A DNA stretch of 64,000 bases. Origin: Verrucomicrobiota bacterium. GTDB taxonomy: Bacteria > Verrucomicrobiota > Verrucomicrobiia > Limisphaerales > AAA164-E04. Numbering within the stretch: position 1 is the first letter of the stretch; every line of letters starts with the position of its first letter. The DNA lies in NCBI GenBank assembly GCA_047947115.1, contig CP170459.1:2272001-2336000 (forward strand), written 5' to 3'. Below are positions 48,707 through 56,316 of this stretch, in pieces. The translations under genes were made by a program, and so were the position numbers. The notes beneath the pieces are model-generated. The model did no database searches and had not been told where the DNA came from. It saw only the letters and a list, made by a program, of their open reading frames with translations.

Positions 48707-50422
48707 TTAAATATTGATATCCACTCCCAGATCCCCGAGGTCTTTCCATTGAACGCCATTGAATGCGGAAACGCTGGCGCTCATTTCATTGAACAATCCT
48801 GGCAGGTTGTCGGCGGGTTGTTTGCCGGTGATCTTGATCACGAGTTCGCGCAACCATTCCCAATCAGGACGTGCATTTCCCGGGGCTTCGATGGCTTTCT
48901 GGAACTTCTGGACACGGCCCTTGCCATTGACGAAGGAACCGCGTTTTTCCAGATGGGCCGCACCCGGCAGCACGAAATCGGCCTTGTCCGCCGCATGGCT
49001 GCCCAGGATGTCGCTCACCACCAGCAGGTCCAGCTTGCCGATCATGGCATCATCGATACCCACCCGCGTGATGTTTTCTCCGAACGAAAGCAAGGTTTTG
49101 ATCTTACCCGACTCAATGCCCTCGTCGACCCTGGCGATTTGGATCCCCATTTCACTGAAGGCGACGCCCAATACACGCGCACCGTTGCTGTTGGGGTTTT
49201 TGTCTGCCTGAACCAGGAAATTATCCGATTCACCCTGACGCGGTATGCAATCCGTGATGGCCTGGAAATGATCCGCCAGCAGTTTGATCAGGTATAGTTC
49301 TTCATTGCTTGCGCGAGCGGAAGCGATGATGGCGACCGAGCCGGGCTCCGCTTTTGCCAGGCGTTCCGAAAGTTCCTTGATGAGGGTGGGCCACGCTACT
49401 TTGCGCTGATTGCCATCGCGTTCGCGAATGATGCAGTCAGTCAGGCGGTCTTCGCGATTGACCCATTTGTAGTTCAAACGACCTTCATCACACATCCAAC
49501 AGGCATTGACCGCGTCGTTGTCACGGGGTTCGTAACGATAGACTTTATTCTCGCGTGAGCCGACGACGATGTTGCATCCGGTCGAACAACTGGTGCAGAT
49601 GGATTTGGCCTCCTTCATGAACCAGACACGCATCTGGAACCGGAAATCTTTGGACGTCAGAGCTCCCACCGGACAAATGTCGACGGTGTTCAGGGTGTAA
49701 TTGTTTTCAAACCTGGAACCCGGGAAGGTGGCGATGGAATTATAACTGCCGCGATCAACAATGCCCAGGGCATCATCATTGACAATGTCACGGCTGAAAC
49801 GGATGCAACGGGTGCAGAGCACGCAACGTTCGGCATCCAGCATGATGCGGGGTCCGAGGTCGACCTGTTTGGGTTTGGCAACTTTGGTTTCCGCGAACTG
49901 GCTTTTGGCCTGTCCGTGTTCCATGGAGTATTCCTGCAGTTTGCATTCGCCGGCCTGATCGCAGATCGGACAGTCGAGCGGATGATTGATCAACAGGGAT
50001 TCCAGCACCGCTTCCCGCATCATCTTGGTGTTGTCGGAATGTGTGTGGATTTCCATGTTCGGCGCCACCGGGGTCGCGCAGGCAATGGCCCCGCGGGGCA
50101 GGGAAGGATCGTAGGGTAGCACTCCCTTTTGAATTTTAGGGGTGCCGTCTTCGTTTAAAATGGGCTTGCGATCGCGTCCCATCGCCGGCATGCCGATTTC
50201 CACCAGGCACATGCGGCAGTTGCCGGAAACCGGCAGCTTGGGATGGTAACAATAGTGCGGGATTTCCTTCCCGACCTGCTTGCAGGCCTGCAGGATCGTG
50301 GTGGGCACCGGGTTGCCCTGCCAGTCGGGCGTCGTCTTGGGGACCTCCACAGTCACGCCATCTACCTTGACGGTGACGGTCTCGACAGGTTTTGATTCAG
50401 CTTTTGTCGTTTCGGTAGCCAT
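48707..50422 (-). CDS. nuoG: NADH-quinone oxidoreductase subunit G (compact form)
   Basis: HYCYHPKL..GNCRMC, HPLDCPICDQAGEC, CVLCTRC..CPVGAL, CTSCSTGC...C. Start ATG 50422. Confidence 0.95.
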   Translation of the reverse strand: MATETTKAESKPVETVTVKVDGVTVEVPKTTPDWQGNPVPTTILQACKQVGKEIPHYCYHPKLPVSGNCRMCLVEIGMPAMGRDRKPILNEDGTPKIQKGVLPYDPSLPRGAIACATPVAPNMEIHTHSDNTKMMREAVLESLLINHPLDCPICDQAGECKLQEYSMEHGQAKSQFAETKVAKPKQVDLGPRIMLDAERCVLCTRCIRFSRDIVNDDALGIVDRGSYNSIATFPGSRFENNYTLNTVDICPVGALTSKDFRFQMRVWFMKEAKSICTSCSTGCNIVVGSRENKVYRYEPRDNDAVNACWMCDEGRLNYKWVNREDRLTDCIIRERDGNQRKVAWPTLIKELSERLAKAEPGSVAIIASARASNEELYLIKLLADHFQAITDCIPRQGESDNFLVQADKNPNSNGARVLGVAFSEMGIQIARVDEGIESGKIKTLLSFGENITRVGIDDAMIGKLDLLVVSDILGSHAADKADFVLPGAAHLEKRGSFVNGKGRVQKFQKAIEAPGNARPDWEWLRELVIKITGKQPADNLPGLFNEMSASVSAFNGVQWKDLGDLGVDINI

Positions 50423-50429
50423 GGTGGAG

Positions 50430-51845
50430 TTATTTCGCTGCGGTTGCCGCGCCTTCCTTGTTGGGTTCGCCTTCAGCCGGCTGTACCGCCGCGCCTTTGG
50501 CTTCAAATTCGTCTTTGAATTTCTTCACAAAACTCAGCACCGGCCAGGAACTGGCTTCTCCAAAGGCGCAAATGGTACGCCCTTGAATGTTGGTAGCGAT
50601 GTGCGTGAGGTATTCCGCATCTTCCTTGCGTCCCTTGCCGGATGTCAATCGATTCAAAGCCTTGCTCATCCAGAGGGATCCTTCGCGACAAGGCGTGCAC
50701 TGACCACAGCTTTCATGCGCATAGAAGGCGGACACGTTGGCCAGCACATCCACGATGTCCACACTGTCGTCCATCACGATAATGGCACTTGAACCGGACA
50801 TGGTGCCGGCGGCCATGAGGGAGTCGAAGTCATAGGGAATGTCGAGCATGTCGACTTCGACCGATTCCATCTCACCGTCCTTGTTCGGACGTTTCATGTT
50901 AAATTTTTCACCGGCCTTCAACACCTTGGCGGATGATCCACCCGGGATAACGGCTTTCAGGGAACGTCCTTCCCGCAGACCTCCACCGAAGTTTTCGTGG
51001 AAGATGAGTTCACCCAAAGTGACCTTGCCTACCTCGATTTCGTAGTAGCCGGGCTTCTTGACCTGACCGCTCAGACTGACGATGCGGGTTCCCGTGTTGC
51101 GCGGGGTGCCGAGCTTGGCGTATTCGGCGCCGCCCATTTCAATAATGTGACGCACTGCGCAGAGTGTCTCCACGTTGTTGACAATTGTGGGACACATGTA
51201 AAGCCCCAGCACCGCAGGAAAGAACGGGGGTTTGATGCGTGGGTAAGCGCGTTTGCCTTCTAAAGATTCGATCAATCCTGTTTCTTCACCACAGATATAG
51301 GCACCTGCTCCGCGATGGACATGGATTTCCAGGTCGAATCCGCTGCCGAGAATGTTTTTGCCCAGGAATCCTTTTTCGCGGGCTTCGTTCAAAGCCTTGT
51401 TCAGCAGCTTGGCTCCGTTGGGGAATTCCCCCCGGATGTAAATATAGGCAAGGTTCACATCATTGGCGAAGGCGCTGATGATCATGCCTTCGACCAATTG
51501 ATGCGGATCTTTGTGAATGATCTGGCGATCCTTAAAGGTGCCGGGTTCGGATTCGTCCGCGTTGCAGATCAGGTAAATAGGCTTGCCACTGCGGCGATCC
51601 ACGAAGGACCATTTAAGACCACAGGAAAAACCGGCGCCCCCACGACCGCGCAGTCCGCTGGTCATGACCTCGTCTCGGATCTGTTCCTGAGGCGTTTTGG
51701 TCTTGCCGTCCTCGATTTCTTTGGGCTGGATCGCCAAGGCTTTCTTCAACGATTCATATCCGCCGTGCGACATATAGCAGTCGATGTCCGGTGTGTAACC
51801 GGGCTCGTCCGCCTTTTTCAAAATGAGTCGAAATTCTTCTGGCAT
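50430..51845 (-). CDS. nuoF: NADH-quinone oxidoreductase subunit F
   Basis: GLRGRGGAGF, NADESEPGTFKDR, GAGAYICGEETG, ESCGQCTPCREG. Confidence 0.97.
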   Translation of the reverse strand: MPEEFRLILKKADEPGYTPDIDCYMSHGGYESLKKALAIQPKEIEDGKTKTPQEQIRDEVMTSGLRGRGGAGFSCGLKWSFVDRRSGKPIYLICNADESEPGTFKDRQIIHKDPHQLVEGMIISAFANDVNLAYIYIRGEFPNGAKLLNKALNEAREKGFLGKNILGSGFDLEIHVHRGAGAYICGEETGLIESLEGKRAYPRIKPPFFPAVLGLYMCPTIVNNVETLCAVRHIIEMGGAEYAKLGTPRNTGTRIVSLSGQVKKPGYYEIEVGKVTLGELIFHENFGGGLREGRSLKAVIPGGSSAKVLKAGEKFNMKRPNKDGEMESVEVDMLDIPYDFDSLMAAGTMSGSSAIIVMDDSVDIVDVLANVSAFYAHESCGQCTPCREGSLWMSKALNRLTSGKGRKEDAEYLTHIATNIQGRTICAFGEASSWPVLSFVKKFKDEFEAKGAAVQPAEGEPNKEGAATAAK

Positions 51846-51864
51846 TGAAATCCGTTCTGCTTGC

Positions 51865-51892
51865 TTGACTCTTAAATTGCTTTTGCTATGGT
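51865..51892 (+). promoter_or_regulatory. Sigma70-like promoter of tRNA-Gln
   Basis: TTGACT (51865-51870), 16-bp spacer, TATGGT (51887-51892) with extended -10 TG and GC-rich discriminator CTCGCGCC. Confidence 0.65.
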
Positions 51893-51910
51893 CTCGCGCC
51901 TTGGTCTATT

Positions 51911-51984
51911 TGCCGGATGGTGTAACGGTAGCACAGCAGTCTCTGAATCTGCTTGTCATGGTTCGAATCCATGTCCGGCAGCCA
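51911..51984 (+). tRNA. tRNA-Gln (anticodon CTG)
   Basis: Acceptor TGCCGGA/TCCGGCA, discriminator G, encoded CCA. D-arm GGTGTAACGGTAGCAC; anticodon arm GCAGT-CTCTGAA-TCTGC (one T.T pair); T-arm CATGG-TTCGAAT-CCATG. Confidence 0.95.
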
Positions 51985-52027
51985 CCTCTTCCATCAACTT
52001 GTTTCACAAAGCCCGATTTCATTCGCT

Positions 52028-52513
52028 TTATTGGCATTTGCCCATGATTTCGTCAGCTCTTTCGTGGCTGACGCCTTCGTAAAAATCATCATTGATCATC
52101 ATCACCGGCGCGGTGCCACAACTGGCCAGGCATTCCACAAACTCCACCGAGAATTTGCCGTCCGATGCGGTCTGTAACCCGTGCTTCCTGCTGTCCAATC
52201 CCAGTTTGGAACAAATGTGACCGTGTAATTTGCCGGAACCTCCGAGCGCACAACTCAAGGTGCGGCAGACTTTCACCACGTACTTTCCGGCGGGTTCCTG
52301 CCGGAACATCGGATAAAAGGTGACCAGTTCATACACATTGATCGGTTTCAACTCCAGTTTGGAGGCGATCCACTCAATGGCTTCCTTCGACACATAACCT
52401 AAGTGCTCCTGTATCGCATGCAGCAGCATGACGGAGGCGCTTCGTTTCTCCGGATAATGCGTGATCAGTTCGTCGATCTCGGCTTCAAGTGTTTGTGGTA
52501 CGTTCAGGCTCAT
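52028..52513 (-). CDS. nuoE: NADH-quinone oxidoreductase subunit E
   Basis: TFYPMF, CRTLSC, ECLASCGTAP 2Fe-2S ligands. Confidence 0.96.
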   Translation of the reverse strand: MSLNVPQTLEAEIDELITHYPEKRSASVMLLHAIQEHLGYVSKEAIEWIASKLELKPINVYELVTFYPMFRQEPAGKYVVKVCRTLSCALGGSGKLHGHICSKLGLDSRKHGLQTASDGKFSVEFVECLASCGTAPVMMINDDFYEGVSHERADEIMGKCQ

Positions 52514-53778
52514 CGGTCACTTTCTCCCATAACAAAGTCAATGGAGCCAAGAATGGCCACCGTATCGCTCATCATGCTCCCTTTGAGGAGATAAGGGAGG
52601 ACACTCAGGTTCACAAAAGAGGGCCCTCGGATCTTTAAACGGTTTGGTGTTCCTCCTCCGGTGCTATGAATGTAAAAACCAAGTTCACCCTTGGGGTTTT
52701 CCGCTCCGAAATAAACTTCTCCCGGGGGCACATTGACACCCTGGGTTACCAGCATGAATTGATGAATCAATTCTTCCATGCTGCTGAGCACTTTGTCTTT
52801 GGGGGGAAGAAAGGTTTTACCATCCTCCACGTTTACCGGACCTCCAGGCAATTTGTCCAGGCATTGGCGTATGATGCGTGCGCTTTGTCTCATTTCTTCC
52901 ATGCGCACCAGGTAACGATCATAAGAATCGCCCGCGGTGCCGACTGGAATGTCAAAGTCGAGTTCGGAATAAACCAGATAAGGGTTGGTTTTGCGCAGAT
53001 CGTGTTCAACTCCGGAGCCCCGCAGATTGGGGCCGGTCACGCCGTAGTCGATGGCGACTTCTTTTGGCAAAACGCCCACTCCCTGTGTGCGATCGACGAA
53101 AATCCTGTTGCGTGTCAGCAGCTGTTCGGTTTCGTCAAAGTTGACTTCGACTTCATCCAGGAACTTGCGGCATTGGTCGATCCAGCCGTCCGGCAAATCT
53201 CGGGCAATGCCTCCTACACGCGTGAAAGAAGTTGTAAAGCGTGCGCCCGTCAGGGATTCGCACAGATTGTAAACTTTTTCGCGTTCCGTGAAGGTGTGCA
53301 GGAAAACGGTCAAGGCTCCCACATCCATCGCAAACGCTCCCAACCCAAGCAAGTGAGCTGAGATGCGGGCCAATTCACAGCAGATCACGCGGATATACTG
53401 ACAACGTTCAGGCAATTGATCCTGAATACCCATCAATTTTTCAACTGCCAGGATGTAAGCGACATTGTTGGCAAGCGGAGCCAGGTAATCCAATCTGTCG
53501 GTATAGGGAACGAATTGGTTGTAGGTCATGTTCTCCGCGATTTTTTCATCACCGCGGTGAAGGTAGCCGACGTCGGGCATGGCTTTGGTGATCACTTCGC
53601 CGTCGAGTTCCAGCACGATGCGTAGCACGCCGTGGGTGGAAGGATGCGAAGGCCCCATATTGAGAACGAGTTTATCACCCTGCAATTCGTCCTGTTCGTC
53701 GATTGCGCTGGATTCCAGGCCATCCAGCGTTTTGCCGACGGTATCCTTGATTTCCAGGTCTTTGACTTCTGGCGCCAT
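52510..53778 (-). CDS. nuoD: NADH-quinone oxidoreductase subunit D
   Basis: NMGPSHPSTHGVLR, GYLHRG, DRLDY, ENPKGELG, GSIDFVMGESDR. Start ATG 53778. Confidence 0.97.
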   Translation of the reverse strand: MAPEVKDLEIKDTVGKTLDGLESSAIDEQDELQGDKLVLNMGPSHPSTHGVLRIVLELDGEVITKAMPDVGYLHRGDEKIAENMTYNQFVPYTDRLDYLAPLANNVAYILAVEKLMGIQDQLPERCQYIRVICCELARISAHLLGLGAFAMDVGALTVFLHTFTEREKVYNLCESLTGARFTTSFTRVGGIARDLPDGWIDQCRKFLDEVEVNFDETEQLLTRNRIFVDRTQGVGVLPKEVAIDYGVTGPNLRGSGVEHDLRKTNPYLVYSELDFDIPVGTAGDSYDRYLVRMEEMRQSARIIRQCLDKLPGGPVNVEDGKTFLPPKDKVLSSMEELIHQFMLVTQGVNVPPGEVYFGAENPKGELGFYIHSTGGGTPNRLKIRGPSFVNLSVLPYLLKGSMMSDTVAILGSIDFVMGESDR

Positions 53779-53895
53779 GTGTTTTCTTTTTCTTTGGTTT
53801 AAATGCTGCGTTTGGTCGGTGTCTGCTCTCCGCGGTTTCTGCATTGAATCATTCCCAGGGGGGCGATTCTTCCGCTTTCGGGCATCGCACCTGAA

Positions 53896-54495
53896 TTAAT
53901 CGGTTTCCACCGTGCGTGATCTCGGCTCACGTTCCGACGTGGTGGTCATCCCGGGACTTGTTACAAAAGGTCCACCCTCCATGGGAGCCTTGCGTGAGAA
54001 GGCGACATCCGGCATATCGGTTTCCTTGCCTTCCAGGGGAAAATCTTTTCTTAATGGGAAATAAGGGTAGCCTTCCCACATGATGATGCGACGCAGATCC
54101 GGGTGATCCTTGAACCGGATACCCATCATGTCGTAAACTTCACGCTCGTGCCAGTCGGCAGTCCGCCAGACATTGGTCACGGTCGGGACCTCGCAATCTT
54201 CCTCGCAAACCTGAAGTTTAAGTCGCAGGTAGGCGTTGTGCGTGTGTCCGTAAAGTTCATAGACCACTGAAAAACGGGGCTCGTCCCCGTAGTGATCCAC
54301 ACTGGATAAATCGGTCAGACCGTCAAACCCCAATGTTTCCTTGGCGTAAGCGCATACATTGGCAATGCGTGCCTTGTCCAGAACCACCAGCGTGTATTCG
54401 CCGCGAAATTCCCTGATTTCGGACAGCAAATCACCGAATTGGGCTTTCAGTTTTTCGGCCTGTTCCTTTGCTTTGGTGATGGTGGTATCGCTCAT
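53896..54495 (-). CDS. nuoC: NADH-quinone oxidoreductase subunit C
   Basis: ADWHEREVYDMMGIRFKDHPDLRRI, PLRKDFPL. Confidence 0.97.
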   Translation of the reverse strand: MSDTTITKAKEQAEKLKAQFGDLLSEIREFRGEYTLVVLDKARIANVCAYAKETLGFDGLTDLSSVDHYGDEPRFSVVYELYGHTHNAYLRLKLQVCEEDCEVPTVTNVWRTADWHEREVYDMMGIRFKDHPDLRRIIMWEGYPYFPLRKDFPLEGKETDMPDVAFSRKAPMEGGPFVTSPGMTTTSEREPRSRTVETD

Positions 54496-54531
54496 TGATC
54501 GTTCTGTGGTAAAAAAGTTGAGTGAACCGCA

Positions 54532-55074
54532 TTATTTGACGTGTACTCCGGCCAGGGCATCTGGTTTCGGTACTTTATGAGTGCGCAGAAGAGGCTCTTT
54601 CGCCACCTGATCCTGCATTTTCATCAATGCATCCAGCAAAGCCTCGGGGCGGGGAGGGCAGCCGGCCACGTAAACGTTTACCGGAACAATGCGGTCAACA
54701 CCTTGCAACACTGAATAGCTACGGAACATGCCGCCGGTTGACGCGCAGGCTCCCATGGCGATCACCCACTTGGGCTCCGCCATCTGATCATAGATGCGTC
54801 GCACCGCCATGGCCATCTTGTAAGTGACAGTGCCCGCCACAATCATCAAATCAGACTGACGGGGCGAGAAACGCATGACTTCCGCGCCGAACCGGGAGAT
54901 ATCGAATCGACTCGCGCCGGCGGCCATCAATTCGATGGCACAGCAGGCCAAGCCCATCGGCATGGGCCACAATGAGTTTTTCCGAAACCAGTTCAGTACG
55001 GCGTCTGCTTTGGTGACGATGACGTCGCCCTCGATTTTGGTATTGTAACCTACTTCTGTCTGTGTTGAACTCAT
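54532..55074 (-). CDS. nuoB: NADH-quinone oxidoreductase subunit B
   Basis: [31 protein letters not shown]. Start ATG 55074. Confidence 0.97.
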   Translation of the reverse strand: MSSTQTEVGYNTKIEGDVIVTKADAVLNWFRKNSLWPMPMGLACCAIELMAAGASRFDISRFGAEVMRFSPRQSDLMIVAGTVTYKMAMAVRRIYDQMAEPKWVIAMGACASTGGMFRSYSVLQGVDRIVPVNVYVAGCPPRPEALLDALMKMQDQVAKEPLLRTHKVPKPDALAGVHVK

Positions 55075-55108
55075 GACAAATCTTTCGAAAGCCCTTTCGA
55101 TTTCTTGG

Positions 55109-55137
55109 AAGCTAACGAGAGCGCAATGAGGGTTCAA
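55109..55137 (-). promoter_or_regulatory. Sigma70-like promoter of the nuoB-N operon
   Basis: Minus strand TTGAAC (55137-55132), 17-bp spacer, TAGCTT (55114-55109). Confidence 0.6.
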
Positions 55138-55143
55138 GCGAAT

Positions 55144-55161
55144 TTGTGATTTTTTTCACAA
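55144..55161. promoter_or_regulatory. Palindromic operator TTGTGA-N6-TCACAA (Rex- or CRP-type)
   Basis: TTGTGATTTTTTTCACAA is a perfect TGTGA-N6-TCACA and one mismatch from the Rex consensus TTGTGAA-N4-TTCACAA. Confidence 0.7.
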
Positions 55162-55281
55162 GCGTTATTGACGAGCTTGGACTGCTTTTGATATGGATGT
55201 AGCCAGCATCGTTGATGTCTGGTGGTTTTAATTTTTTTTATGGCCCCTAACTTGTTGTAGGTTAACAAGAATTGATTGTGG

Positions 55282-55356
55282 GGCGGAGTAGCCAAGTGGT
55301 AAGGCAGGGCTCTGCAAAAGCTCTATGCGTCGGTTCGATTCCGACCTCCGCCTCCA
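55282..55356 (+). tRNA. tRNA-Cys (anticodon GCA)
   Basis: Acceptor GGCGGAG/CTCCGCC, discriminator T, encoded CCA; anticodon arm GGGCT-CTGCAAA-AGCTC; T-arm GTCGG-TTCGATT-CCGAC. Confidence 0.96.
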
Positions 55357-55647
55357 ACAGCATCGACGCTGAGTTGAGCGGATTCACCTTAATCCAGCCG
55401 GATGTTCAATGGCACATAGGCCGATCAAGACACATCAATGTCCTCCGAATCGAGGCGATTGGTTAAGATTTTTGCCTTCTGTGCTTGCGTTGCCTTCGGT
55501 GCGTCCTAAAGTGTTCCCGCTTTTTTCTTCGACCGAACCGATGGGGTAGTCCCTGCGGTTATGGTTGATGTGTTTGTTATTGAAAACTTGTGAGGCGGAT
55601 AGAGGTTATTTCGCCTTTTTGACCCAAATTTAACAATAGATATCTGA

Positions 55648-56316
55648 ATGTCGGACGTCTTTCCAAAATGGACGAACAAGCTGCCAATCCGAGTGATCTT
55701 CGGGTTGATCCTCCTCGGTGGGGCAACGGTGGCCGGTTTGACTTATTACGCCACCCCTAAATATACCCGGGTGGGATATCAACCGGTGCAACCGGTCGCC
55801 TTTTCACATGCCATCCATGCGGATCAGCTGGGATTGGACTGCCGCTATTGTCACAATGGTGTCGAGTCCTCCTGGTTTTCCAATGTGCCCGCCGCCTCGG
55901 TCTGCATGAATTGCCATAACCAGGTGCTCAAAGATGATCCTAAACTGGCCCTGGTCAGGGAAAGTTTCAAAACCGGCGACCCCATTCCTTGGGTGCAGAT
56001 TCATAAAGTGCCGGACTACGTCTATTTTAACCACTCCGTCCATGTGAACCGCGGGTTTTCCTGTGTGGAATGCCACGGACCTGTCAACAAAATGGATGAG
56101 GTTTATCATGCCAAGCCTTTTGGTATGAGTTTCTGTCTCGAATGTCACCGTGATCCCGCCGCGAAGATTCGCCCTGTGGATCAAGTGACCAATCTGGATT
56201 GGACCTGGGACAGTGATCCCGAAAAGGCCGCCCAAATGCAGCAAGCACAGGGTGAGCAACTGGTCCACGACTGGAGAGTCGAATCCCTCGTTAATTGTTC
56301 TGCCTGCCATCGATGA
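55648..56316 (+). CDS. actA: Alternative complex III subunit A (pentaheme cytochrome c)
   Basis: Five CxxCH motifs (CRYCH, CMNCH, CVECH, CLECH, CSACH), N-terminal TM, QPVAFSH, PDYVYFNHSVH. Confidence 0.93.
   Translation: MSDVFPKWTNKLPIRVIFGLILLGGATVAGLTYYATPKYTRVGYQPVQPVAFSHAIHADQLGLDCRYCHNGVESSWFSNVPAASVCMNCHNQVLKDDPKLALVRESFKTGDPIPWVQIHKVPDYVYFNHSVHVNRGFSCVECHGPVNKMDEVYHAKPFGMSFCLECHRDPAAKIRPVDQVTNLDWTWDSDPEKAAQMQQAQGEQLVHDWRVESLVNCSACHR

Noticed and set aside
42996..53625. Plus-strand ORFs opposite the nuo genes
   Set aside because: Shadow frames of conserved complex I subunits.
55282..55647. tRNA-Cys or tRNA-Gln as integration sites of an island or prophage
   Set aside because: I found no integrase and no duplicated tRNA 3' end in the window, and the flanks are core respiratory genes.
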